A stretch of DNA of 64,000 bases. Source: an uncultured Planctomycetota bacterium (GTDB lineage Bacteria; Planctomycetota; Planctomycetia; Isosphaerales; Isosphaeraceae). The stretch spans positions 1,903,748 through 1,967,747 of the forward strand of contig CAWGMQ010000005.1 in the NCBI GenBank assembly GCA_963823665.1, given 5' to 3'. Under the pieces are notes generated by a model. That model did not search any database and was not told the DNA's origin. It saw only the letters and a program-made list of their open reading frames with translations. The position numbers and the translations under genes were made by a program. Of the stretch, positions 19,623-32,370 are shown piece after piece (position 1 is the first letter of the stretch; every line of letters starts with the position of its first letter).

Positions 19623-20892
19623 ATGGCACGCAAACGCAGGCTCTTTGGCCCGCTCTCTTATTCCACGTCGGCCTTGGCCGGGATTTACCTGGTGGGCCTG
19701 GGGGCGTGGTGGATCAGGCCAGGGCTTTCGCACGTCTGGACCATGTGGACGCTCAGCCGGCGAATGGGCGACAGCAATCCCGGGGTTCGAAAGACGGCCG
19801 CGAAGGCGTTGGTAAAATACGAGAAGGAGGCCGAATCGTGGCTGGGCTGGGTTGCGAGGAACGGTAACACCGAGGCGCGGGTACTGGCGTGCTACACCAT
19901 GGCGCTGCCCCAGTCAGTCGGCGTGGTTCCCGATTTACTCGGTGCGCTTCACGACGTCGATCCGCGAGTCCGGCGCGCGGCCGCCGAGAGCCTCGCGCGG
20001 TCTGGCTCCAAGTCGGCGGAGCATGTGATGACCAAATGAAGGATCGAGCGATCGAGGCGATTCGCGCTGCCATCAAGGATCCAGCCTGGGACGTGCGGCG
20101 CGCCGCCCTCTGGGCCGTGGACGTCGTGGACCCCGCAAAAAAGGCGTTCGTCGCCGAGATCGAGAATGCGACACACGACGGTGACCCTCGCGTTCGAGCC
20201 GCGGCCGCGCTCTCGTTCTTCGACATCGCTCCCCATAACCCCAAGGCGATCGCCGCACTTCGAGACATGATCGGCGATCCGGCGCCGTGCGGTGAGGATT
20301 TCGTTCAGCACTGCCATATGAAAAATGTGGCTATCCACCAGATGACGATGTCGGCCGGGGAGTCAGCCGTGCTCGAAACGCTCATGCCACTCATCACGCA
20401 TCCGGACGCCGAAACGCGAAGCAATGCGATCCGGCTCCTGCCGATTCCGGTACGTCCGCTTGAGCCGCTCCATGCGGCGCTTCGCAGGCGCTCCGAGACG
20501 GCGACGCACGAGTTCGCGGCGAGGCTGCGCGGATGCTGTTGACTGCGCCGGACCAGCACGCGAGTGAAGAGATCGTTGCCGCCCTCCAAGCTGCGGTGGA
20601 GAGACCTGTCGAGAATCTCTATCAATTAATGTGGCTTGATCAGTATCTTGCTGCCCTCCGGAACGTTGCACCGGGTTCCGAGGGTCGGGCTGTGCCAAGC
20701 ATGGTCGGAGCGATCGACCGTCTGGGGCGTTACGAACAACGCATCATGGTTGATCTGCTCGCAAAGATTGGCCCGGATGCCAGGGCAGCCGTACCGAAGC
20801 TGATCGAGCTATCCAAGAGTTCGGATGACCGCCTTGCGGCTGCTGCGGATCTAGCGCTCGGAAAGATCATCTCCGAACCAGCTCCGAACTGA
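19623..20892 (+). CDS. HEAT-repeat membrane-anchored protein, split by two frameshifts
   Basis: Consecutive ORFs 19623-20039, ~20037-20542, 20533-20892 each with D.DPRVRRAAA-type repeats. Confidence 0.7.
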
Positions 20893-21767
20893 TCAAACTT
20901 GGATTGGGTGGAGGACTGGCCCGTCCAGAACGTTGTTCGGTGGGGGGAAGAATACTCCACGTGCGCGCGCATACACAATGAATTCTTTCCATTAAACGAT
21001 CTGATCGCTGGAACCCGGAATCTTTCTGGAAATTTCCCAATCGACCGTCCGTCGAATCGGCAAAATCGTCGCATATTGTACATGCGGGAGTGCGCTGCGC
21101 GGTGGCGTTTTGCTGCCCGCGGCCGCTGGCTCACGGCACCACTCGCGTGTCCTATGGGGCACGGGCGCGAGGTTCTCTAGTTGCGGCTTACAAGGCCAAA
21201 AGGCGGAATGCATGAGAATAACAACAACAACCAGAACAGAGGCGCGAGGGGCGGCGGGGGCAGCATGGGATTCCTGTTCAGCGGCGGGTACCGGCTGCCC
21301 TAAAAGCGGGCGTGTTTGGTCGCCAATTTACACTAATGTACGGATGCTAAATAGCCCCCGGGAAATTGCCACTTATTGCCATTTTTGCGAGCCGGTGACT
21401 GGCCGTCCGGGGCGTGGCATGTTATTCGGAACTCCAAGCAGCATAAATGGATCTGAAATGGGGCTTGCGATTTTGGTCGATCGAAAAGTCTCTTGGCAAT
21501 TGTCAGGCAGAATTGCCATTTCGGAATTCACCCGTTGTTCACTATATCGAGCCGACGTCGATTCCTGGGATTTCCGCGGCCGTTTCTGTCTATCCGGGCG
21601 GCTTGCGCCCGATCTCGAGTTGGAAGCACGATCTTCGCCCTCGCGGAACTCGAAGACCGGTCGGCGGGAGCTTCTGGTGAAGGGAGGTCGCAGCTTCCCA
21701 GGCGAGCGGCGGAGAGCGTATTGTTGAGGCTCGTTTGCAACATTCACTGACGCGAGTGGGCTGAACT

Positions 21768-24266
<2,499 letters not shown>

Positions 24267-24271
24267 AACGG

Positions 24272-24331
24272 CCGACAGTGGGTCTGGCACAGGACCCGAC
24301 AGTGGGTCCGGCACAAGTGCCAGACCCACTG
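24272..24331. repeat. Short direct + inverted repeat cluster
   Basis: CCGACAGTGGGTC(T/C)GGCACA twice (24-bp period) then inverted GTGCCAGACCCACTG. Confidence 0.7.
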
Positions 24332-24443
24332 AAAAACCTGGCGGCCGCGTTGGGTCGACTTCGGCGGCGATTGCTCCTAAGATTAGGTGAATGCATGCGC
24401 CTCTGGAGTGTGGAGTTTGGGAATGGGTCTGGGACAACCTTCT

Positions 24444-24624
24444 GAAGTTGACGGTAAGCGCGCCGCAGAGCGGCATAAAGAGCGTTCCCACGCGGAGCGT
24501 GGGAACGAGGAGGCGACGCGCGGTCGCTGGGTGCATGAGAGCAAGGAAGTTGACGGCAAGCGCGCCGCAGAGTGGTATAAAGAGCGTTCTCATGTGGAGC
24601 GTGGGAACGAGGAGGCGACGCGCG
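24444..24624. repeat. Two tandem 79-bp REP-like units (102-bp period)
   Basis: Copies 24444-24522 and 24546-24624 containing GCCGCAGAGCGGC and GTTCCCACGCGGAGCGTGGGAAC hairpins. Confidence 0.85.
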
Positions 24625-24671
24625 AGCCTGTGCGCGAGGAGGGGACGTCCATTTGCAGAGTACGGGAAAGA

Positions 24672-27038
24672 GTGCGGCTGATTCTGATTTGTTGTGTGGT
24701 GGGCTGCGGTGCAGGCGGCGGTGCCCTGCTTGCTTATGCGCAGGAGCCTTCGAAGGGTAAAGGGGTGAGGACCGCCGGCCGCGGGGGAGAGGTTTCGTTT
24801 CGTAGCGGGGTTGTGCCGATTCTGACCAAGTATTGCGTGGGGTGTCATGGGGCGACGAAGGCGAAAGCCGGGCTGAACCTTGCATCGTTTCCAGATGAAG
24901 CATCGGCGCGGAGCAATCGGAAGGCGTGGGAGCGAGTCAAGGAATATGTGGAAGGTGGGCTAATGCCGCCGGAGGATCGGCCACAGCCCAGCCGTGAGGA
25001 ACTGGCACAGTTGACGGGGTGGATCAAGTCTGCGCTCAAGGCCGATGATTGCGGCCGGACGTTTGACCCTGGGCGTGTGACCATTCGCCGGCTCAATCGG
25101 GCCGAGTACAACAATACGATTCGCGACCTCATCGGCATCGACTTTCATCCGGCCGATGACTTCCCTTCCGACGATGTTGGCTATGGGTTTGATAACATCG
25201 GCGATGTTCTCACCATGCCGCCTATTCTCATGGAGAAGTACCTGGCGGCCGCGGAGGCGATCAGCGAAGAAGCGATTGTTGGGGCGTCTGCTTCCAAGGG
25301 GACGGTCAAGACGTGGAACAGTGAGTCGCTGGGCTCTGGCGCGGGTGGCTCGCCGCGGGAAGATGGATCATTGATCCTCACGTCCGAGAGCGAGATTGTT
25401 GTAAACCATGCCTTTCCGCGGAACGCGCATTACATCATTCGCGTGCGGGCCTGTGGAGACCAGGCGGGGCCAGACCCGGTGCGGATGGCAGTGCGGATCG
25501 ACGGAAAGGAGTTGAAGCGATTTGATGTTCCGAATCCTTCGGGAAAGTTCCAAGACTATTCATTCCGGCAGAATCTGAAGGGAGGATCGAGGCGACTTTC
25601 CGTGGCGTTTCTGAACGATTACTACCAACCCGACGCACCTGACTCCAAGCAGCGAGATCGGAATTTGATCGTCGAGTCGATCGAAGTGGAAGGACCGCTG
25701 TATACCAGCGGTGATCCGCTGCCCGAGTCGCATCGGCGGATCTTGTTCACGACTCCCAGAAATGTCAGCGACATCTCGCGGGCTTCGCATGCGATCATCG
25801 AACGGTTTGCGAGCCGGGCTTATCGCCGGCCGGTAAGCGAGGGTGAGATCACGAAGCTCATGAAGCTGGTCGAGCTGGTCGGGCAGAAGGGTGATTCGTT
25901 CGAGCGTGGAATCCAACTGGCTGTTCAGGCGATGCTGGTTTCACCGCAGTTTCTCTTCCGGGTCGAGCTGGGGTCGCGCGCACCGTCGACCGCGGGGAAG
26001 ACAGATGAGGCGGCACGCGTCGAGACGATCGGGAACTTTGAGCTGGCGAGCCGGCTGTCGTATTTTTTGTGGAGCAGCATGCCCGATGACGAGCTGTGGC
26101 GAGCGGCGCTGGATGGGTCGCTGCGGTCGGCGGATGTGCTCGAGAAGCAAGTACGGCGAATGCTGCGCGACACAAAAGCACAGGCGCTCGTCGAGAACTT
26201 CGCGGGGCAGTGGCTTCAACTGCGCAACTTGAGGGCTTTTAATCCGGACCGCGGTCGATTTCCGAGCTTCGACGACAAGCTGCGAGACGCGATGATTCGT
26301 GAGACGGAGCTGTTCTTCGGAGCGGTGATGCGGGGGGATTCGAGCATCCTCGACTTCATTGATTCGGACTTCACGTACTTGAACGAACAGATGGCGCGCC
26401 ATTACGGGATATCTGGCGTCAAAGGGGAGCAGTTCCGCCGGGTGAAACTGAAGGCGCACGAGCGAGGGGGGCTTGTCACGCAGGCAAGCATCCTGACGGT
26501 GACGTCGAACCCGACGCGGACGTCGCCGGTCAAGCGGGGAAAGTGGGTGCTCGAGCAACTGCTGGGAACACCGCCGCCTCCGCCGCCGCCCAACGTGCCG
26601 GTTCTCACGGAAGATGCAAAGGCGCTCACCGCGGCGACCTTGCGATTGCGGATGGAGCAGCATCGCTCGAAAGCAAGCTGTGCCGTGTGCCACAACAAGC
26701 TAGACCCGCTTGGATTTGGTCTCGAGAATTTTGACGCGATCGGCGCGTGGCGCAGCCAGGACAGTGGCGGACCGGTTGATTCTTCGGGCACACTGCCATC
26801 CGGGGAATCGTTTCGTGGGCCCAAAGAGCTGAAAACGATCTTGAAAGCGCACACTGCGGAATTCAGCCGCTGTTTGACGCAGAAAATGCTCACGTATGCG
26901 ATTGGCCGAGGGTTGGAGGAGTATGACCGGTGTGCGGTCGAGGAAATTGTCAAGAACCTGGAACGTAACCGATACCGGTTCTCGGCGCTTGTGCTTTTTA
27001 TCGTGAAGAGCGAGCCATTTCAGAAACGGCGCGGGTGA
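24672..27038 (+). CDS. Planctomycete cytochrome c domain protein (DUF1592/1588/1587/1595/1585 architecture)
   Basis: CVGCH and CAVCH heme motifs, RRLNRAEYNNTIRDL, ELASRLSYFLWSSMPD, RTSPVKRGKWVL; start chosen downstream of the repeats. Confidence 0.9.
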   Translation: MRLILICCVVGCGAGGGALLAYAQEPSKGKGVRTAGRGGEVSFRSGVVPILTKYCVGCHGATKAKAGLNLASFPDEASARSNRKAWERVKEYVEGGLMPPEDRPQPSREELAQLTGWIKSALKADDCGRTFDPGRVTIRRLNRAEYNNTIRDLIGIDFHPADDFPSDDVGYGFDNIGDVLTMPPILMEKYLAAAEAISEEAIVGASASKGTVKTWNSESLGSGAGGSPREDGSLILTSESEIVVNHAFPRNAHYIIRVRACGDQAGPDPVRMAVRIDGKELKRFDVPNPSGKFQDYSFRQNLKGGSRRLSVAFLNDYYQPDAPDSKQRDRNLIVESIEVEGPLYTSGDPLPESHRRILFTTPRNVSDISRASHAIIERFASRAYRRPVSEGEITKLMKLVELVGQKGDSFERGIQLAVQAMLVSPQFLFRVELGSRAPSTAGKTDEAARVETIGNFELASRLSYFLWSSMPDDELWRAALDGSLRSADVLEKQVRRMLRDTKAQALVENFAGQWLQLRNLRAFNPDRGRFPSFDDKLRDAMIRETELFFGAVMRGDSSILDFIDSDFTYLNEQMARHYGISGVKGEQFRRVKLKAHERGGLVTQASILTVTSNPTRTSPVKRGKWVLEQLLGTPPPPPPPNVPVLTEDAKALTAATLRLRMEQHRSKASCAVCHNKLDPLGFGLENFDAIGAWRSQDSGGPVDSSGTLPSGESFRGPKELKTILKAHTAEFSRCLTQKMLTYAIGRGLEEYDRCAVEEIVKNLERNRYRFSALVLFIVKSEPFQKRRG

Positions 27039-27071
27039 CGGGAAGGGGTGATGCGTGGAGGGTTACCTGTC

Positions 27072-28433
27072 ATGAAACCATCAGCGCGAATTTCCCGGCG
27101 AAGGGTTTTGCGCGGAGCCGGAGCAGTCATTGCGCTGCCGTGGCTGGAAGCGATGGCGCCCTTGGCTGCCTGGGCGGACGGAACGGGCTCGGGCAAGGGT
27201 GACGCTGTGCCGAGGCGGATGGCGTTTCTGTATGTTCCGAATGGGGTTCACATGGCGGACTGGACGCCCAAGGATGTGGGCTCGGGCTTCCAGATCCCGG
27301 CGACGCTCAAACCACTCGAGGCGTACAAGGACCACTTGCTCGTGCTCACCGGGCTTGCCCAGCACAATGCCGAAGCGCTTGGAGATGGGCCTGGCGACCA
27401 TGCGCGGTCGCTGGCCTGTTTCCTGACTGGCGCTCATCCGCTCAAGACGGACGGGGCGGGTATTCGGGTTGGGGTGTCGGTCGATCAGGTTGCCGCCGAG
27501 AAGCTGGGAAGGCAGACGCGGCTTCCATCGCTTGAGCTCGGCATCGAGCGCGGGGCGCAATCAGGCAGTTGCGACTCGGGGTATAGCTGCGCGTATTCGT
27601 CGAACATCTCGTGGCGGTCGGCGAACATGCCGATGGCAAAGGAGATCAATCCGAAACTGATATTTGACCGGATGTTTGCCTCAGGCGTGCGCGAGGGATC
27701 ATCGGGCGATCGAATCAAGCACGATTTATATCAGAAGAGCATCCTGGATCTTGTCCTCGACGATGCGCAGCAGCTCCGGCGACGGCTCGGCTCGAGTGAC
27801 CAGCGCAAGATCGATGAGTACTTGACGGCCGTTCGCGAGGTTGAGCTGCGGGTTACGCAGGCTGGAAACACTGCGAATCGCCTACCGGCAGATGGAGTGA
27901 CTCGCCCCAAGGGCATACCTGACGACCTTGGCGAGCACATCCGGCTGATGTTTGATTTGATTGCGTTGTCATTTCAGTGTGATACGACCCGCATTTGTAC
28001 ATTCATGTATGCCAACGAGGGAAGCAACCGGAACTACCCGTCGATCAACGTGACGGATGGGCATCACGACCTCTCGCACCACGGGGGTGACATCAAGAAG
28101 CACGAGAAGCTGAAGATCATCAATCGGTTCCACATCGAGCAGTTTGCGTATCTGCTGGGCAAGCTCAAGTCGATTTCGGAGGGGCCGGGCTCGCTGCTCG
28201 ATAACGTGATGATTGTTTACGGCAGCGGGATCAGCGACGGCGATCGCCATAATCACGACGACCTGCCGATCTTGATAGCCGGAAAGGGGGGTGGAACGAT
28301 CAAACCCGGGAGGCACGTCAAGGTCGAGCCGCAGCCGCTCAATAACCTGTATCTTGCGATGCTCGAGCGCATGGGCGTTTCGCTGGATCGCCTGGGTGAC
28401 AGCACGGGGCGGCTCGGTAAGCTCGATGGGTAG
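27072..28433 (+). CDS. DUF1552 family protein (Tat signal)
   Basis: SRRRVLRG..ALPWLEAM, YVPNGV, CDSGYSCAY, HHDLSHH, HNHDDLP. Confidence 0.92.
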   Translation: MKPSARISRRRVLRGAGAVIALPWLEAMAPLAAWADGTGSGKGDAVPRRMAFLYVPNGVHMADWTPKDVGSGFQIPATLKPLEAYKDHLLVLTGLAQHNAEALGDGPGDHARSLACFLTGAHPLKTDGAGIRVGVSVDQVAAEKLGRQTRLPSLELGIERGAQSGSCDSGYSCAYSSNISWRSANMPMAKEINPKLIFDRMFASGVREGSSGDRIKHDLYQKSILDLVLDDAQQLRRRLGSSDQRKIDEYLTAVREVELRVTQAGNTANRLPADGVTRPKGIPDDLGEHIRLMFDLIALSFQCDTTRICTFMYANEGSNRNYPSINVTDGHHDLSHHGGDIKKHEKLKIINRFHIEQFAYLLGKLKSISEGPGSLLDNVMIVYGSGISDGDRHNHDDLPILIAGKGGGTIKPGRHVKVEPQPLNNLYLAMLERMGVSLDRLGDSTGRLGKLDG

Positions 28434-28463
28434 CGAGTTTGGTCGTGTCGTGTCGATGCTCGC

Positions 28464-29365
28464 TCAATCTTCTTTCTCGGCTTCGAGCTGTTTCTTGGCC
28501 TGGGCAATGATCAAGCGCTGTTCCTTGGACATTTCGGGATACTGGACATTGAGCGACTCGACGGCGTTCGTGAGGATCCGGGCGACCAGGCGCGGCTGAC
28601 CCATTTATGATCCGCGGGGATGATGTACCAGGGGGCCCACTTGGTGCTGGTTGCGCTGATGGCATCTTCAAAGGCCTTCATGTAATCCTTCCAGAAACCT
28701 CGTTCCTTGAGATCGTCCGGCGAGAACTTCCATTGTTTCCCTGGGTCTTTGAGGCGTTTGAGAAATCGTTTGCGTTGTTCGTCCTTGGACAGGTGAAGGA
28801 AGAACTTGAGAATGACGGTGCCGTTGTGGGTGAGATGATGCTCAAACCCGTTGATATCGGCATAGCGCTGGGTCCAGAAATCGTCGTCGACCCTGGTATC
28901 GGGAATGTGCTCGGCTTCAACCAGTTCGGGGTGAACCTTCACCACGAGCACTTCCTCATAGTAGGAACGATTGAAGATACCGATGCGGCCGCGCTCAGGG
29001 GCTGCGCGAGCATATCGCCAGAGGAAGTTATGGCTGAGCTCTTCGGCCGAGGGGTGCTTGAAGCTGGTGACCTGGCAACCTTGAGGATTGAGACCCGACA
29101 TGACGTGTTTGATGGTGCTATCCTTACCTGCGGCATCCATTGCTTGAAGGATGACGAGGATCGACCACTTATTGGCGGCGTACAAGCGGTCCTGGACCGT
29201 GGCGAGTGCGGTGACGTCCTGAGAAAGTACTTCTTCGGCGAATCGTTTGCGGTCTGCTTTGGGGAGCTTGGGATCGCCATTCCAGCCGGGGTCATAATCT
29301 TTGAGGTTGATGGATTTGCCGTGAGGAACACGCCAGAGATCGATGATTTCTTCAGTTGGTGTCAT
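28464..29365 (-). CDS. ppk2: Polyphosphate kinase 2 family protein; frameshift near C-terminus
   Basis: [46 protein letters not shown]; the natural-looking C-terminus ...EAEKED* (stop 28464) lies in another frame. Confidence 0.9.
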
Positions 29366-29652
29366 GGTGATATTCAGGATTTGCGGAAAGGTGGATCAGA
29401 GAATGGCCGAATCGGCTGGATCGCGGTGTGCAAGGGGGCAACCCACGCGAGTACTTCTCTTGTATGGGATCTCGAGCGGCGCGTCGAGTTGGTTGCCCCG
29501 ACCTTGGCTGCGGATAACCACTTCATTACAATAGAAACAAGGTCAAGCCAAGTATCATGTTAAGAATTGGAAGCGGCGTAGGTGGCCGTGAGATTGACGG
29601 CTGCTAATCATGTTCTGGGTCGGTCGCGAAATCTTTTTCCGTGAGGTGTTAT

Positions 29653-30819
29653 GTGCCGGCCGTTGCGCCAACGACATCCAGGCTACCTGTCCTCTCCGCC
29701 TCAATGGAAACGTGGTGTGGATGGATGGCGGAGCGAGGATTTCCGGCTTACCGTGCGCGGCAAGTGCTCGACTGGATCGTGCGCCGGCGAGCTGAATCGT
29801 TTGAGGTGATGTCCGACCTTCCCAGGGTGTTGCGCGAGGAACTTGAGCGAGAGTGGACGGTTTTCGGCACGCAGGTGGCTTATCACGATGTTGCTCCGGA
29901 TGGCACGGACAAGCTGGTGCTGGAGTGTTATGACGACCGCCGGATCGAGTGCGTGTTGATGGCTGAGGGCACGCGCCGGACGGTGTGCATCAGCACGCAG
30001 GTCGGGTGCGGGATGGGCTGTGTTTTTTGTGCGAGCGGGCTCAACGGGGTTGAGCGCAACCTGGGTGCTCACGAGATCCTCGAGCAGGTGTTGCGTCTGC
30101 GCAACCTGCTACCGCCGGAAGAGGCAATCAGCCACGTCGTTGTGATGGGAATGGGAGAGAGCCTGGCGAACCTCGACAACCTGATTGCGGCGCTGGATTG
30201 GCTTTGCTCCGCACGTCATGGGTTAGGGATCAGCCAGCGCAGGGTGACGATCTCGACGGTGGGTTTACCCGAAAAGATTCGCAAGCTGGCGGCGATGGAC
30301 CGGCAATATCATCTCGCCGTGTCGCTGCACGCGCCGAATGAAGCATTGAGGAACAGGCTGGTGCCGGTCAATGAAGCGATCGGGCTGGAGGCGGTGATCG
30401 CGGCCGCTGACGCCTATTTTGAGCAAACCGGCCGGCAGATTACTTATGAGTATGTTTTGCTGCGTGGCGTCAATGATCGTTCAACCGATGCGAGGGACCT
30501 TGGCCGCCTGCTGGCGGCACGAGGGGCGCATGTCAATTTGATTCCTTATAATCCGGTTGCAAATCTGCCGTTCGAGCGACCGGATCGCGAGACGATCAGG
30601 CGGTTCGTGGCGATCGTGCGCCAGTGGAATGTCAGTGTGACGGTGCGCAAAACCAAAGGGCGGGCGATTGATGCAGCGTGTGGCCAGCTTCGCCGGCGAT
30701 TGGATCAGGATCGGCCGGTTATCCACGAGCCGGCCGGGGAGCGCGGAGCCAAGATTGATCTTGGGGGTGGCACGACGCCTGCCAACCACGCGTCTGATTG
30801 CGTCGACCTATCGTCCTGA
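29653..30819 (+). CDS. rlmN: 23S rRNA (adenine2503-C2)-methyltransferase, radical SAM
   Basis: CISTQVGCGMGCVFCASG, MGMGE, LAVSLHA, VNLIPYN, AACGQL. Confidence 0.93.
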   Translation: MPAVAPTTSRLPVLSASMETWCGWMAERGFPAYRARQVLDWIVRRRAESFEVMSDLPRVLREELEREWTVFGTQVAYHDVAPDGTDKLVLECYDDRRIECVLMAEGTRRTVCISTQVGCGMGCVFCASGLNGVERNLGAHEILEQVLRLRNLLPPEEAISHVVVMGMGESLANLDNLIAALDWLCSARHGLGISQRRVTISTVGLPEKIRKLAAMDRQYHLAVSLHAPNEALRNRLVPVNEAIGLEAVIAAADAYFEQTGRQITYEYVLLRGVNDRSTDARDLGRLLAARGAHVNLIPYNPVANLPFERPDRETIRRFVAIVRQWNVSVTVRKTKGRAIDAACGQLRRRLDQDRPVIHEPAGERGAKIDLGGGTTPANHASDCVDLSS

Positions 30820-30880
30820 CAGTTTGCGGCTACGAGAGTTCTGGACGGGAACGACTGGCTTTTCGCGGGAGGCTGCGTCG

Positions 30881-31528
30881 GTGGTTGCAGAGGCCGAGCA
30901 CCTGGAACAACAGTTAGAGGCGCGTGATCCGGACGTCCGGCTGATGATCCAGGTTCGTACGGAGGTTGCCGGAGCATTCGAGACCCTGGTCGAGAGGTAT
31001 CAGAATCGGCTGATGGGGATCTTGTTCCACCTGGTTGGCAATCGTGAGGAGGCAGAGGACCTTTGCCAGGAGGTTTTTCTGCGAATTTACAGGGCGAGGA
31101 AGGGCTATCGCCCTCGTGCCAAGTTTTCCACGTGGCTTTTCACCATTGCGAACAATCTGGCGCTCAATCACTTGAGGAGCAAGGGCCGTAACGCGAGTGT
31201 GCCGATGGGACGCACGACCAATGATTCGAGCGCGGGATTCCTGGTTGCTCAACAGCTTGCGGGGCGTGAGGGTACTCCTTCCACAGAAATGCGGCAGGCC
31301 GAACTGGCGGACCTGGTGCGCGAGGCAGTTGCGGTGCTCAGCGAAGACCAGAAGCTGGCGGTGTTGCTCAACAAGTTCGAGGAGATGAGCTACGCCGAGA
31401 TCGCTGACGTGATGGGGCGCTCGCCTGCGGCTGTGAAATCACTGCTGGCACGTGCCCGAAACCAGCTTCGTGAGCAGCTCGAGCCTTATCTCCTCACGGG
31501 ACAGCGCAGCACCGGCGGACCTGTCTAA
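30881..31528 (+). CDS. ECF RNA polymerase sigma factor
   Basis: EAEDLCQEVFLR, FSTWLFTIANN, MSYAEIADVMG...AVKSLLARAR. Confidence 0.92.
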   Translation: MVAEAEHLEQQLEARDPDVRLMIQVRTEVAGAFETLVERYQNRLMGILFHLVGNREEAEDLCQEVFLRIYRARKGYRPRAKFSTWLFTIANNLALNHLRSKGRNASVPMGRTTNDSSAGFLVAQQLAGREGTPSTEMRQAELADLVREAVAVLSEDQKLAVLLNKFEEMSYAEIADVMGRSPAAVKSLLARARNQLREQLEPYLLTGQRSTGGPV

Positions 31529-31541
31529 CAAGATTTGACAT

Positions 31542-32342
31542 ATGCGACTCTGTGAACGGTTCTCTCCGTTGATATCACTGAGAAAGACCGCGGCAGGTTG
31601 GTTGAGCAACCTGAGCGAGGCGCTCAATGCCTTGGTCTTTCCGTGGTCGTGTGCGCTGTGCGAGATGGAGGGCGTGAGCGGGCCTTTGTGCGAAGCGTGC
31701 CGGCAAGGTTTGCTAGAGAGTGCGAGTGCAGGCAGAGAATCCGTGTGTCCGCGCTGTGCTCTCAAGGCGGGTCCATTTGCAGATTTACGCGGTGGATGCG
31801 CAGCGTGCCGGGACCGTGCGCTCGGTTTCGACGCGGCGGTTGCGCTGGGGGCATATGAGGGTGAACTTCGCGAATTATGTCTGCGGCTCAAACACGAGCG
31901 CAATGCCTGGTTGGCACCGTGTCTCAGTCAACTACTTGTCGAGGCCCGGCGCGATGCCTTCAGCGCTCTTTGCAGTGATCAAGCCTTGGTCGTTCCGGTT
32001 CCGCTGCACTGGTGGCGCTACTGGCGGCGTGGGTATAACCAGGCGGAGGCGCTGGCCGAGGGTATAGCAAAGCAACTCAAGCTGCCGATCCGCCGCTCAC
32101 TCAAGCGAACGGTGGGTACGCGGCAGCTCGCGGGACTGAGTCGTACGGCACGCGGTAAAGTTGTCCACGATGTCTTTCACGCCCGAGCCGGTTCCAAGAT
32201 GACGAGGCGCACTGTACTTCTGGTCGATGACGTTCTGACGACGGGAGCTACTTGCGGCGCGGCTGCCAGGGCGCTCAAGAAGGCTGGTGCTGCACGTGTT
32301 GTGGTCGCCGTTATCGCTCGCACCGAGCAAACCGCTGTGTGA
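31542..32342 (+). CDS. comF: ComF family protein (zinc ribbon + phosphoribosyltransferase)
   Basis: CxxC clusters, VPVPLH...RGYNQA, LLVDDVLTTGAT. Confidence 0.88.
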   Translation: MRLCERFSPLISLRKTAAGWLSNLSEALNALVFPWSCALCEMEGVSGPLCEACRQGLLESASAGRESVCPRCALKAGPFADLRGGCAACRDRALGFDAAVALGAYEGELRELCLRLKHERNAWLAPCLSQLLVEARRDAFSALCSDQALVVPVPLHWWRYWRRGYNQAEALAEGIAKQLKLPIRRSLKRTVGTRQLAGLSRTARGKVVHDVFHARAGSKMTRRTVLLVDDVLTTGATCGAAARALKKAGAARVVVAVIARTEQTAV

Positions 32343-32370
32343 CAGAGATCCGATGGGTAGCATCCGAGGC

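Noticed and set aside
24444..24624. CRISPR array
   Set aside because: Only two 79-bp units with REP-like hairpins and no cas genes.
24387..24671. N-terminal extension of the DUF1592 ORF
   Set aside because: It is translation of REP-like repeats; a signal-peptide-like start begins at about 24672.
28607..29563. 318-aa plus-strand ORF
   Set aside because: Shadow of ppk2.
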